A program made the position numbers and the translations under genes. Below, piece by piece: positions 28,593 through 39,022 of a DNA stretch of 64,000 bases. The notes beneath the pieces were generated by a model. The model had not been told where the DNA came from, made no database searches, and saw only the letters and a list, made by a program, of their open reading frames with translations. Position 1 is the stretch's first letter; the number at the start of each line of letters is the position of its first letter. The stretch comes from an uncultured delta proteobacterium (GTDB taxonomy: Bacteria; Desulfobacterota; Binatia; UBA9968): positions 323,501 through 387,500 of the forward strand of contig CAVUVW010000017.1 in NCBI GenBank assembly GCA_963745035.1, in the 5' to 3' direction.

Positions 28593-30548
28593 TCAGCGCT
28601 GCTCGTTGGCCAAAAACAGGATCGAAAGCGGCGGCAGCATGAGCGACAGGGAAAAACGCCGTCCGTGGCATGCCAGGGGAGAAGCTTCCACCGCGCCCAT
28701 GTTGCCGGCGCCGCTGCCGCCGTAGTCGTGCGCGTCGCTGTTCAGCCGTTCGATCCATAGGCCGCCGCTCGGCACGCCCACTCGGTAGTTCCGGCGCACC
28801 ACCGGCGTGAAGTTGCAAACGACCACGACGGTGGAATCTTGCGCCCGGTTTTTGCGTAGCAGGCTCACGATACTGGCGTCGGTGTCGTTGCAATCGATCC
28901 ACTCGAACCCCGCCGGATCGCAGTCCAATTCGTGCAGGCCGGGCGTTTGCCGATAAAAGTAGTTCAGGTCGCCGACCCATTTCTGCGCGCCCCCGTGCGG
29001 CGAGTAATTCAGCGCCCCCCAGTCGAGGCTGCCGTCATGGCGCCACTCGCTCCATTGGGCGATCTCGCCGCCCATGAAGAGCAGTTTCTTTCCCGGCTGG
29101 GCGTACATGTAGCCGAGCAATAATCTCAAGTTGGCGAAGCGCTGCCAGTCGTCGCCCGGCATCTTGTTCAGCAGCGAGCCTTTGCCGTACACCACTTCAT
29201 CGTGCGACAGCGGCAGCACGAAATTTTCGTGAAACGCGTAGAGCATGCGGAACGTGACGTTCTGGTGGTGGTACTTGCGGTGCACCGGATCGTTGGAGAA
29301 ATATTTCAAAGTATCGTGCATCCAGCCCATGTCCCATTTGAGACCGAAGCCGAGCCCGCCGGCATACACCGGCCGCGAGACCATCGGCCAGGAGGTGGAT
29401 TCCTCGGCGATGGTCTGCACGTCCGGATAATTTTCATAGACCGCTTGATTGAAGTGCTTGAGAAACTCGATGGCTTCGAGATTTTCCCGGCCGCCGTATT
29501 TGTTCGGAATCCACTCCCCGTCGCGCCGCGCATAGTCGAGATAAAGCATCGACGCCACCGCATCCACGCGCAGGCCGTCGACGTGATACTTGTCGAGCCA
29601 GAAGAGCGCGTTGCTGATCAGAAAGCTGCGCACCTCGTGCCGGCCGTAGTTGAAAATGTAGCTGTTCCATTCCGGATGGTAGCCCTGGCGCGGGTCGGCG
29701 TGCTCGAAAAGATGGGTGCCATCGAAATATGCCAGACCGTGCTCATCGGCGGGAAAATGCGACGGCACCCAATCGAGAATCACGCCGTAGCCGTTCTGGT
29801 GCAGGGTGTCGATCAAGAACATGAGATCCTGGGGCGTGCCGTAATTGCCCGAAGGCGCGAAGTAGCCGGTGATCTGATAGCCCCACGAGCCAAAGAAGGG
29901 ATGATCCATCAGCGGCAAAAATTCCACGTGGGTGAAACCGGTTTGGCGCAGGTAATCGACCAGCAGCGGCGCCAGCTCGCGGTAGGAGAGCGAGCGGTTG
30001 CCTTCTTCCGGCACGCGCCGCCACGACCCCAGGTGCATCTCGTAGATGGAAATCGGTTTGGTCAACGCGCTGCGTTCGCGCCGTCGGGCCATCCACTCGC
30101 CGTCGCCCCACGGGTACTCCAGGTCCCAAACGATCGAGGCGGTCTTGGGCGGAATCTCGTTGAAGATCGAAAACGGATCGGCCTTGTCGGCGCCGTAGCC
30201 GAGAAACCGCGAGCGCATGCGATATTTATAGAGCACTCCCTTGTCGATGCCGGGAAGGAAGCCGGTCCAGATGCCGGAGCTACCTTGGCGCGCCAGCGGA
30301 TGGCTTTCCTTGTTCCAGCCGTTGAAGCTGCCGGCTACGAACACGCCCTCGGCGTTGGGCGCCCAGACGGCGAAGTGCACCCCGGCGCGCCCGTCGATGT
30401 GGGCGAAGTGCGCGCCGAGCTTTTCGTAAAGGCGCGCATGGGTGCCTTCGTTAAAAAGAAAAAGATCGTCGTCGGTGATGAAGCCGGTCGGCGCGTGCAC
30501 GGCGCTATCGTGCTGCGGCGCGCCGGCTTGCGGTTTTGCAGTAGCCAT
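28593..30548 (-). CDS. glgB: 1,4-alpha-glucan branching enzyme
   Basis: LYEKLGAH, FAVWAPNA, IYEMHLGSW, DWVPSHFP, DGLRVDAVASMLY, LSHDEVV. Probable start MATAKP at 30548 with AAGGA upstream. Confidence 0.95.
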   Translation of the reverse strand: MATAKPQAGAPQHDSAVHAPTGFITDDDLFLFNEGTHARLYEKLGAHFAHIDGRAGVHFAVWAPNAEGVFVAGSFNGWNKESHPLARQGSSGIWTGFLPGIDKGVLYKYRMRSRFLGYGADKADPFSIFNEIPPKTASIVWDLEYPWGDGEWMARRRERSALTKPISIYEMHLGSWRRVPEEGNRSLSYRELAPLLVDYLRQTGFTHVEFLPLMDHPFFGSWGYQITGYFAPSGNYGTPQDLMFLIDTLHQNGYGVILDWVPSHFPADEHGLAYFDGTHLFEHADPRQGYHPEWNSYIFNYGRHEVRSFLISNALFWLDKYHVDGLRVDAVASMLYLDYARRDGEWIPNKYGGRENLEAIEFLKHFNQAVYENYPDVQTIAEESTSWPMVSRPVYAGGLGFGLKWDMGWMHDTLKYFSNDPVHRKYHHQNVTFRMLYAFHENFVLPLSHDEVVYGKGSLLNKMPGDDWQRFANLRLLLGYMYAQPGKKLLFMGGEIAQWSEWRHDGSLDWGALNYSPHGGAQKWVGDLNYFYRQTPGLHELDCDPAGFEWIDCNDTDASIVSLLRKNRAQDSTVVVVCNFTPVVRRNYRVGVPSGGLWIERLNSDAHDYGGSGAGNMGAVEASPLACHGRRFSLSLMLPPLSILFLANEQR

Positions 30549-30763
30549 GGTCGGTCGGTGATCCTTTATTTGCGGCGCGGCGAAAGCCTCCGGCCATTTT
30601 ATAATAGTCAATATTCTCGCCAAGAGAATAGGCCCGTGGAAAAATGTCTTCGCTTATCCGTTCGCGCGATGATGACAACGCCGGCGGCGCAACAAAGGAA
30701 GATTCGATGCGCTACCTAGTTGAGAGTTTTCCAGCGCGGGCAGACCTTTGTATCGAAAGAAGC

Positions 30764-30783
30764 GGTGCGCAAGCGCACCCTAC
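30764..30783 (-). repeat. GTAG-type REP-like palindrome
   Basis: Minus strand GTAG-GGTGCGC-TT-GCGCACC, a perfect 7-bp stem following GTAG. Confidence 0.55.
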
Positions 30784-30920
30784 CAACCTTCGCGCGCTTC
30801 GCGCCTCCTTCGAAAATAACAGAGAGAAGATTTTCTCACTTCGTTTCGAAATGACAGGCGTCTACTATTGCTTGTCATTCCGGGCGGATGTTCCTTCCAC
30901 TTGGTGCTGGTTATCCCGCC

Positions 30921-33719
30921 TTAAAGCGGCAAAGGCGAACCCGTGCTAGCCGGCGTGCCCGAAGCTTCCCCACGCGCCACCTCGCCGGCCGCCGGCGGCA
31001 TCAGCGGCAGATAAATCTCGAAAGTGGTCCCTTCGCCGGCCCGGCTTTTCACGCTGATTTTCCCGCCGTGGGCTTTCACGATCCGATCGCAGATCGGCAG
31101 CCCGAGGCCCAGGCCGCGCCTTTTTTTCGAAGTAAAAAACGGCTGAAAGATCCGTGGCAGCAGGTCGGCGTCGATGCCGATACCGGTGTCCGTCACCGTG
31201 ATCAACATGCCGTCGCTTGCATGGCGCGCCGCGCCGACGCTCAAGGTTCCACCTTTGGGCATGGCGTCCACCGCGTTCAAGGTCAAGTTCAGCAGGATCT
31301 GCTGGAGCTGCTGCGGATCGGCGCACATGAGCGGCAGCTCGTCCTGAATCCGCACGGCCGTTTCCACGCGATTTTTCGCCGCGTGGGGCTGCACCAGATT
31401 CATGGTTTTTTGGATGATCTGCTCGACGTCGGTGCGAATAAAGTCCGCGCTCTTGGGCCGGCCGAATTCCAACAGCTCCTGCACCAGCTTCTCGCATCGC
31501 TTCGCCTCTTCGGCGATGATGCGCACGTGCGCGTACTCCGGATCGGCGGGGTCCATGCTTTCAAGCAGACCGTCGGCAAATCCGAGAATAATACCCAGAG
31601 GATTATTGAACTCGTGGGCCATGGACGCAGTGAGCTCGCCGACGGCGACCAGACGGCCCGACGCCAGCAGTTGCTGTTCCAGCTCCTGCGCCTGGTTGCG
31701 CAGGTGTTCTTCGCTTTCCCGCAGCGCGGCTTCGGCGCGCATGCGCTCGGCGAACTGGCCAATCTCGCCGCCGACGGCCTGCACGGTCTTCAGCACGTCG
31801 TCGTCCAGTTGCCGCACCATCGGGCTCATGAACTCGATCACGCCGAGAACCTCGTTGCGCATCTTGATGGGAAACGCGAAGACCGCGCGCACCTGATCCA
31901 GATCGGGATAAGAAAGCTGCAGCGTGCTCGCTTCTTTCACGATATCCGGTATCCAGATCGGCGCCTCGCTTTGCCAGACCCGGCCGGGCAGCCCAATGCC
32001 GCGGGCGAGCGCGGGGCGATCGGCGCAGCTGGGGAAATTTTTCGCCGGGTCATGCCAGATTTTGAGGCACTCGATCATCTGACTTTGTTTGTTCACAAGC
32101 CAGAACGCGGCCGCTTCCCACTCGAGCCCGGCGCCGATGATTTCGAGAAGCTTCTCCCACGCGACCTCGGGTGTTTCCGATTCGGCGAGCGCGAGCGTGA
32201 CCTGATGCTCGACGGTCAAGCGTTGCGCGGATTTCTTGCGCTGGCTGATGTCGCGGTTGCATTCGAGCATCAGCCGGCCGCCGTCGCGATCGTAGATCAG
32301 TTTGAAGCGGCTCTCCACGTCGATGCGCCGTCCCTGTTTGGTCTTTTGCTTGAGTTCCCCGCTCCATTCGCCGGCGGCGACCAACGAAGTCTCGAAGTGA
32401 TTCCAACCCTTGGGAAATTCGGTCGCCAGAAGCTCATGGCTCAAAGCACCGATCGCCTCGTCCTGGGAGTAGCCGTAAAGCTGTTCGGCGCCGCGATTCC
32501 AGTAGATGATGCGGTTGTCGAGCCGGCTCGCAAAGATCGCCTCGTTGGCGAAATTCAACAGATCGGCCTGGCGTTGCAGGTCTTGTTCTTGCCGGCGCCG
32601 CGCGTCCTCCACCCGATCGCGCTCTTCCTCGCGCTCGCGCAGCAGGCGCGCCGCCCGCGCCATTTCCCCCGCTAACCCATCGAGCTCCGCGATCGGCGAG
32701 CTCGCCGGGAAGACCACCGACTGGCCGCGGCCGAGATCGTGGGCAGCAGTGGACAGCTTGATGATCGAGTTGGAAGCGCGCCGCGCAAACAGCAGCCCGA
32801 CGCCCAACCCGCTGAGCAGCAGCAACAAACCGCCGCCACCGAGAATAGCGAGCGAACTGTAGAGAATTGCGTTCACCTCCGAAGTCGGCACGGTGAACGC
32901 GAAAAACCAGTCGGTGACCTGAGACCGACTGACCGCCGCGTAAGCGGAGGTTCCTTCGGCGTTGACGCCGCGCAGAAACTGTTCGCCGGCGAGCACATTG
33001 GTCTGGCTCAGCAGAGATTCCACGGGCCTGCCCATGAATTGTTTCGCATCGCGCGAGCGCGCGATGATGATCCGATTGGAATCGTAGAGCGTGCCGACCC
33101 ACTCATTGGGAATTTTCTGCCGCGCGAGGATCTCCGTGAACACCCGGGGCTCGATGGCTGCCGTGAGAATGTAGATGATCGTCCGCTCGCGCACCACCGG
33201 CACGTGAACACTGACGCCGGCTGGCGTTTCTTCCACACCCAAAAAGTCGCTCACCACCGGCTGGTGGGTCTGCAGCACCTCGGCGAGACTCTCGGGCGTA
33301 ATCTGCGGGGCATTGGCGACCGACGATTTCCTCACGCTTGCCAGGCGCGCGCCCCGGGGACTGAACAACGCGACGCTGCGCCAGTTGTCCTGGGTCTTCA
33401 CGAAGCGCGCGGCCGCCGCTTGAAAGACGTTCACCGCGCCCACGTCCAGGGGCTCCAGGGTGGCGAGGGCCTCCAATTTGGTGATCGAAGATTTAATCTC
33501 CTGATCGACTGCGAGGGCGAGCGCGCGCGCCGCGCTCTCCAGGCCGCGGCGCCGGTTGGACTGCTCCTGGAGCGCGAACAGGATCATCATAAAAATAGAA
33601 AATACCAGCAGCGGGCCGAGCACGCCGATGATCAGGCGAATGAGATAGGAATTGAGTGCCATGGGCCGGGAGAAGGCAGTTTGAAAATATGGCAATCGAA
33701 ATTGCATGATGTTGGCCAC
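30921..33719 (-). CDS. Membrane sensor histidine kinase (Cache, PAS, GAF, HisKA, HATPase)
   Basis: Two TMs, IIYWNRGAEQLYGY, GIGLPGRVWQS, SMAHEFNNPL, NAVDAM, DTGIGI, GLGLGL. Exact start uncertain. Confidence 0.9.
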   Translation of the reverse strand: MANIMQFRLPYFQTAFSRPMALNSYLIRLIIGVLGPLLVFSIFMMILFALQEQSNRRRGLESAARALALAVDQEIKSSITKLEALATLEPLDVGAVNVFQAAAARFVKTQDNWRSVALFSPRGARLASVRKSSVANAPQITPESLAEVLQTHQPVVSDFLGVEETPAGVSVHVPVVRERTIIYILTAAIEPRVFTEILARQKIPNEWVGTLYDSNRIIIARSRDAKQFMGRPVESLLSQTNVLAGEQFLRGVNAEGTSAYAAVSRSQVTDWFFAFTVPTSEVNAILYSSLAILGGGGLLLLLSGLGVGLLFARRASNSIIKLSTAAHDLGRGQSVVFPASSPIAELDGLAGEMARAARLLREREEERDRVEDARRRQEQDLQRQADLLNFANEAIFASRLDNRIIYWNRGAEQLYGYSQDEAIGALSHELLATEFPKGWNHFETSLVAAGEWSGELKQKTKQGRRIDVESRFKLIYDRDGGRLMLECNRDISQRKKSAQRLTVEHQVTLALAESETPEVAWEKLLEIIGAGLEWEAAAFWLVNKQSQMIECLKIWHDPAKNFPSCADRPALARGIGLPGRVWQSEAPIWIPDIVKEASTLQLSYPDLDQVRAVFAFPIKMRNEVLGVIEFMSPMVRQLDDDVLKTVQAVGGEIGQFAERMRAEAALRESEEHLRNQAQELEQQLLASGRLVAVGELTASMAHEFNNPLGIILGFADGLLESMDPADPEYAHVRIIAEEAKRCEKLVQELLEFGRPKSADFIRTDVEQIIQKTMNLVQPHAAKNRVETAVRIQDELPLMCADPQQLQQILLNLTLNAVDAMPKGGTLSVGAARHASDGMLITVTDTGIGIDADLLPRIFQPFFTSKKRRGLGLGLPICDRIVKAHGGKISVKSRAGEGTTFEIYLPLMPPAAGEVARGEASGTPASTGSPLPL

Positions 33720-34384
33720 GCCGCGTCGTACGACCGGAGACCGGGCGCAAGCGGTGAGTGCAAAGACCGCCGCATGAGGCAGTTTTCAAAACTTTCCCCC
33801 GGAACCGGTGCGAGAGTACCAACTTAGGCGCAATCCAGAGCCACCCTCGGTTCACGCGCGCGAAACGCGCGATTCAAGGCAGCTTCGCGCATCTGGGCTG
33901 CGGCGAATTGCGCCGGCAAACCGGTGAAAAGGTCCGGTCAAATCGTAACGCAGGAACCATACCAGCGAGGCCAACTATCGAACGCAACGTGCGAACGCAA
34001 CGTGACGAGCCGGCCCTGTGGCACTTTGCGGTCCGGTTATTTTGGGTATGATATGAAAGTTAAATTAATCGCCCGCCGCAGATTTCATCGCGACTCGGGT
34101 TCCGGTGGCGGGCGCTCGCCGCGCTGTTGCTGGAGTTATAAAACCGTTATTCACAGCGGGGACCAGGCTTGCAGGCCGATGGCGGTATGATGAACAAATC
34201 GCACAACGAATCCGTTATCAGCGCGTATCAGCGCGCATGTTTTCTCTTTGTTACGGGCTGATCGCCGCGTCTCTTCGGTTAACGCGCGATCAGATCCCCC
34301 AGGGTTCTCTCAAGAATATTGTTCTTGTCCGTGATTCTCCCTACGTAATCGCGCGCAATTACAATTATACAATCGCCAAGCAGC

Positions 34385-34399
34385 GCAAGCTGCATGCCA
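34385..34399 (-). promoter_or_regulatory. Putative sigma54 promoter
   Basis: TGGCATGCAGCTTGC, matching TGGCAY-N5-TTGC. Confidence 0.65.
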
Positions 34400-34638
34400 G
34401 CCTATCGCAGATCTTGGCCAATGGATTGTGAAAGGATTTGCCGCGGCGTTCAGCGGCTGAACTCTGCTTGTCGGCGTTTTGCTGACAAAAGAGCAGTGTT
34501 TCGCCTCCGCTTTTGAAGGCACGATTGACTCGGCCCCGCAGCCTTGAGTCTGAAATACTAAACGTGCGCCCCAGAAGCGGCGCAATAGTTTTCACGGGTT
34601 TTGGCTTGAGACGAGTACCAAGATTTCCGGCACGCGGG

Positions 34639-35276
34639 CTAACCGGCGGCCACCGCGCCGCCGGCATCGATCTCCGCCAACTCGATTTCCAACAAACGTT
34701 GCGCGCGCAGAACTTTGCTCGCGTATTGCGACGGAATGGTTTGGTTGGCGGCGAGCTTCTCCCGGATCCTGGTGGGTCCCCAGTTGTATGCCGCCAGGGC
34801 GATATTGAGATCGCCGAACATCTCGACAAGATGGGCGAGATACGAAACGCCAATCTCGACGTTCGCCTGCGGATCTTTCAGATCGTGGCGGCGCGCGGGA
34901 ATCTTGCCTTCGCCGACGAGCTCATCGACGACCACCCGCCGCAGCTGCATCAAGCCCTGCGCTCCGCGCGTCGAGACCGCTTTTCGATCAAACCGGCTCT
35001 CGATTTGAATCACCGCCAGAACCAACACCGGGTCGAGGGAATGTTTTTCGCCTCCTGAAGAATGCTCCGCGCCAAAACGTCCGTGGCGCCCACGGCGCCC
35101 TCTTGCACCGCGAGCCAGGAATGAAGCTGCGATGCGCGGCGCTTCTTCGCGGCTTGGAGCTGATACTCTTCACCGATCAAATCCGCCGGACCGCTGACGA
35201 CAAGCAGCAGCGCTGCGGCCAGCGCCGTGCTCATCCAACGCCGCGGACGGTTTCCGATTAAGCGAGTTTTCCTCAT
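34639..35276 (-). CDS. SLT-family lytic transglycosylase, frameshift near 35035
   Basis: Signal/TM ALAAALLLVVSG; VLAVIQIESRF, GAQGLMQL, ALAAYNWG. Confidence 0.85.
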
Positions 35277-35322
35277 GGCAAGTCGCAGACGGCCGCTAAG
35301 AAAAATGATCGGGCGACGGCGC

Positions 35323-35967
35323 TCAGCTGCTGCGTTTTTTTCCGGCGGTGTCGAACTGCTTGTCTTTCATCTTGCGGAAAAGTTCTTCGTAAGAGGACTG
35401 CGCGATCACGCGATTGAACTGTGAGCGGTAGTTGTTCACCAGGCTGATGTTTTCGATCACCACGTCGTAGACCTTCCAGTCGTTGCCCGCCTGCCGCAGC
35501 TTGTAGTTGACAGAAATCTCTTCGCCCTTTTTGGTGATGACCTTGGTATCGACCTCGGCAAAATCCTTGTCCTGTTTCTCGGCGCCGATGACGACTTTCT
35601 CACCGTTATAGCCTTCGATGTTGCTCATATACGCGTTTTCGATCAGCTCGGTGAAAACTTTGACGAACTCGCGCTGCTCGTCGGCGCTGCGGCGCTGCCA
35701 ATGGCTTCCCAAAGAGCGGCGCGCCATTTCGGCAAAATCGAACTTCGGATATACCGCCTCTTTCAACTCTTTTCGTTTCGCTTCGCTTTGCAGCTTGGGA
35801 TCTTTGAGTATGGCGAGAGCTTTTTCGATGGCGCTCTGAATTTGCTCGGTGGGAGCTCCCGCGTGCGCCGGAGCGCTCGTCGTCAACAGCGCAAAACCCA
35901 AGGCCAGGGCCGCGCCGAGAGCCACGGAACCTGCGCGAGCCAATTGGCTATTTGTGGTCTTTCCCAT
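35323..35967 (-). CDS. mlaC: MlaC/Ttg2D-family phospholipid-binding periplasmic protein
   Basis: Signal peptide; FDFAEMARRSLG, WKVYDVVIENISLVNNYRSQF. Confidence 0.88.
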   Translation of the reverse strand: MGKTTNSQLARAGSVALGAALALGFALLTTSAPAHAGAPTEQIQSAIEKALAILKDPKLQSEAKRKELKEAVYPKFDFAEMARRSLGSHWQRRSADEQREFVKVFTELIENAYMSNIEGYNGEKVVIGAEKQDKDFAEVDTKVITKKGEEISVNYKLRQAGNDWKVYDVVIENISLVNNYRSQFNRVIAQSSYEELFRKMKDKQFDTAGKKRSS

Positions 35968-36011
35968 CTGCTTCCCCGCCTTTCCCCAACATTTAAGTAG
36001 CGCAACATTGA

Positions 36012-36026
36012 GCAACGTACATGCCA
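36012..36026 (-). promoter_or_regulatory. Putative sigma54 promoter for mlaC-slt
   Basis: TGGCATGTACGTTGC about 45 nt upstream of the mlaC ATG. Confidence 0.7.
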
Positions 36027-36224
36027 CAGGCGAATCTGTCGCTTTTTCGCGGTGGTGCGCCCGGCGGAGGAAATCCCAGTCGGTTGTTTTTTCCTACAGA
36101 TCGGAAGGGGTTTGTCCATATTCGGGTGGCACCGACGCGCTTGCAAGCTCGCGGGACATCGGCACCCCGGCAAAATCAGGAAGCGCCTTTTCGGCGCGCT
36201 TGTGCGCTGCCGCGTGCGGCCCAG

Positions 36225-36495
36225 CATGGCGCAGCGGCCGGTGCATTCCAGCCGGTGCCGGTGCCGGCCCGCTGTTGGGCGTTCCATTTGCTCGACCTTC
36301 TGATCAACGTCGAGAGCACGAACTTGGTATGAAACCACATGCGCGGCGGCGCCAGTAAAGTCGAGGCAACGACTTCGAGCAGGATGCTTGCGCCGAGCGC
36401 GGCAGTGCCCGCCAAAACGTCTGGCTTCGCCCCATTTGACGATCAGCAACAAGCTCAGCAGCTTGGGCAGAAAGAGAGCAGCAGCGCCCATGCCA
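36225..36495 (-). pseudogene. opgH: Remnant of glucan biosynthesis glucosyltransferase OpgH/MdoH (C-terminal TM part)
   Basis: LFLPKLLSLLLI...FGG / SILLEVVASTLLAPPRMWFHTKFV...WNAQQR resembles OpgH LFLPKLLS...LLAPVRMLFHT..FV...WNSPQR (recalled). Frameshifted, no start. Confidence 0.7.
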
Positions 36496-36815
36496 CAAAC
36501 TATGAAAGAAGTTTCGGTTACAAAGCTTTCAGCCGGTGAAAAAACAGCCGCGGGTCACTCGAATTTTCGCACGACGTATGTCAGATTTAGATGCACAGTG
36601 CAGGCAAATGTTCCTGCAGTAGAAAAGTTGCATCGCGCAATGCACGCCGATGCTTGTTTCCGCTCCGTCTCAAGGATGTGACACAATTGCGGCGCTGGGA
36701 CGGTCGAGTTGAAAAACCATCGAAAAGAGAAGGATATTCCTTCACAGCCGGGGCATAATTTCGGACTGACCCGAGGCGAAATAATCATTCAGCGTACTTG
36801 CCTGAGACATTGGTG

Positions 36816-36830
36816 TGGCATTGCGCTTGC
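36816..36830 (+). promoter_or_regulatory. Putative sigma54 promoter for the ExeA-like gene
   Basis: TGGCATTGCGCTTGC about 70 nt upstream of ATG 36902. Confidence 0.65.
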
Positions 36831-36901
36831 TCTTAATTAGGCTCGTGTGTAATGTAACTTCTTGTAGTTTGAATAATAAATCCTAGAAGGTTGATGCTGG
36901 T

Positions 36902-38581
36902 ATGAACACGGGAAACGATCTATCGCATGGGCAGCCCGCGACGTCTTCCGGCGGCTTTGCCGGGCGGGATTTTTTCTACAGCAACTTGCGCATCCAGGAA
37001 ACTCTCACCACCATCCGCTACGGCATCGAATCCCGCAAAGGGCTCATTATCATCACCGGTGATACCGGAGTCGGCAAGACGACTCTTCTCCGCAAGGTCA
37101 TCGCCGATCTGCCGGCCAACGTCACCGGCATCTTCGTAGCGGATGCCCGGATTAGCTTTTCCGACCTGCTCCGTCTGATTCTTCGCGGTCTGGACGACGA
37201 TCAAGCGCAGGAAGACGAGGGCGCCATGGTGCGGCGCTGCCAGTCGCTCCTGCGCGCGCGCCTGGAGCGTTGCGAGATCGTCGCCTTGGCGGTTGACGAT
37301 GCCCAGCTCATGCCCGACCGGACGCTGCGCAACATGATGCAAAATTTTCTCGGCGGCAGCGCCGAAGACCCCGAGGGCGCGTTGCTGCAGCTCGTCTTGG
37401 CCGGAGGCCGCGGGCTGAAGACAAAACTCGCGCAAGCGGCGCTCATTCCGTTGCGGCGCCGCCGGCCAATGATCTGCGAGCTGCAGCGGCTCAGCAGCCA
37501 GGAAATCGGCGCCTACATCGAACACGGATTGACGGCCGCCAATCGACCGGCGGAGCTGTTTGACGAGCGCGCCGTCAAGCGCGTCGCGCTCCTCAGCGAC
37601 GGCAATCCGCGCGCCATCGGCGCGCTTTGCCAGCGTGCTTTGCAGCTCGGCGGCGCCGCCGGCGCGGTCAGCGCCGAATTGATCGAGATCGCCGCCAAGG
37701 GCGTCGATATGCACCCGGGGGTGAACGGGGCGGCAGCCGCCCGAGAGCAGTCCTTTGCGCGCTTCGACGAGGAGCAAAATTTCGACGACGACCAAGATGA
37801 CGACGCGAAAGGTTTTGAATTTGTCCCGACGCATTCCACGGCGGCCGCCGATCCGGCATTTTTCGCGCGCGACAGCCGGAGCGAGTCGCGGCGCTCCTGG
37901 CTGCCCCGTGGAGAGAGCCTGTCTTCCTGGGTGCGTGTGTTCACGGTGCTAACCCTCGTTGTCGGTGCGGCCGCCGTGATTCCCGCGCGAAGCATCAATC
38001 TCGTGATCGCCCCTGCCCAGAACGCGATCGATCTCGTCGCCGGTTGGGGTGAAAAGTTAAAGCACAGCGCGCCGCCGCCGCAGGAATCGCGCCGCGCTCC
38101 GGAGCCGCCGGCCAAGGTTGCCGAAGTCGTGAAAGGGCCGAGCGAGGCTGAGTTGAGAAAGATGGCTGAGCCCGAGGCGCTGGTTCCGCTGGCCGGCCCC
38201 GACCGACCCACCGCGCCCGAAGAGAAGCTAGCAGCAAGCGGCTTAGATCAGTCAGCCGAGACGCTGGCTCCGCAAGCGACGAACTCGCCTCCTGCTGAGA
38301 AGGTCAAGCCAGGGCCTGGGACGCGGCAAAATACCGCGCGGCGAGATACGGTGCGGGCCGCGCCGGTGAAGGAAAGCCCGAGCCGCGATTTGCAGAGCGA
38401 GGTCGCCAAGGCGATCGCCAGTCGCGCGATCATGGGAGTCGAAGTTTCGGTGGTCCAGGGCACAGCTATCCTCGACGGCCATGTCGCCACCGAGCGCCAG
38501 CGGCGCGCCGCCGAGCGCGCCGCGCGCAGCGTCGTCGGCGTCGAGCGAGTGCGCAATCGCATCGCGATCACCTTCGGCTGA
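36902..38581 (+). CDS. ExeA/GspA-like AAA ATPase with TM segment and C-terminal BON domain
   Basis: GDTGVGKT Walker A, AVDDAQ Walker B, LQLVLAG, GNPRAI; TM VLTLVVGAAAVI; C-terminal VEVSVVQGTAILDGHV...VVGVERVRNRI. Confidence 0.82.
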   Translation: MNTGNDLSHGQPATSSGGFAGRDFFYSNLRIQETLTTIRYGIESRKGLIIITGDTGVGKTTLLRKVIADLPANVTGIFVADARISFSDLLRLILRGLDDDQAQEDEGAMVRRCQSLLRARLERCEIVALAVDDAQLMPDRTLRNMMQNFLGGSAEDPEGALLQLVLAGGRGLKTKLAQAALIPLRRRRPMICELQRLSSQEIGAYIEHGLTAANRPAELFDERAVKRVALLSDGNPRAIGALCQRALQLGGAAGAVSAELIEIAAKGVDMHPGVNGAAAAREQSFARFDEEQNFDDDQDDDAKGFEFVPTHSTAAADPAFFARDSRSESRRSWLPRGESLSSWVRVFTVLTLVVGAAAVIPARSINLVIAPAQNAIDLVAGWGEKLKHSAPPPQESRRAPEPPAKVAEVVKGPSEAELRKMAEPEALVPLAGPDRPTAPEEKLAASGLDQSAETLAPQATNSPPAEKVKPGPGTRQNTARRDTVRAAPVKESPSRDLQSEVAKAIASRAIMGVEVSVVQGTAILDGHVATERQRRAAERAARSVVGVERVRNRIAITFG

Positions 38582-38819
38582 GCCGCCGCGATTTTTTCAA
38601 ATAGCCGCTTCCAACGTCCGCCGTCGTCGGATTTTGCCGGTCGCGCTGGCGGAAAAACAACAGTCGGCGCGTGCTAGCCGGAGACGTTGGTCCGCTGCGG
38701 CGATTCCTCGTAGACTGCTGGTGATCGCTCAGCGGCGGAAAGCTTTTGCCTTTACGGCGGAAGGATTGCGCCCCCGCGGGCGCATGACGCAAGTATGGAT
38801 TTTCCCGCTCTGTTCCCGC

Positions 38820-38963
38820 TCAAGGTTGATTATCGAAATCGTCGGTCTGGCAGTCGACTTGATGCTGGCGCAATCGTTCCCAGGATTCAAATGCTTGACC
38901 GCACCCCTCGCATTCAAAAGACCGTATGCTTGCTGGCGCGGAGTCCGCAAGTTCTTTTTCCAT
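38820..38963 (-). CDS. 47-aa classical zinc-finger (C2HC variant) microprotein, absent from ORF track
   Basis: MEKELADSAPASIRSFECEGCGQAFESWERLRQHQVDCQTDDFDNQP*; GAGGT RBS; sigma54 motif upstream. Confidence 0.72.
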   Translation of the reverse strand: MEKELADSAPASIRSFECEGCGQAFESWERLRQHQVDCQTDDFDNQP

Positions 38964-39022
38964 CTCTGTACCTCTCGCAATTATTCTATTTCTCAGCGTC
39001 GTAGTGAAGCATCACTGAGAGA

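Noticed and set aside
30608-30622. TGGCGAGAATATTGA as a sigma54 promoter for glgB
   Set aside because: It has mismatches in both elements and overlaps a hairpin; too weak to call.
38729-38980. 83-aa ORF in the track
   Set aside because: It has no motif and overlaps the zinc-finger ORF, which has the RBS and a consensus pattern in another frame.
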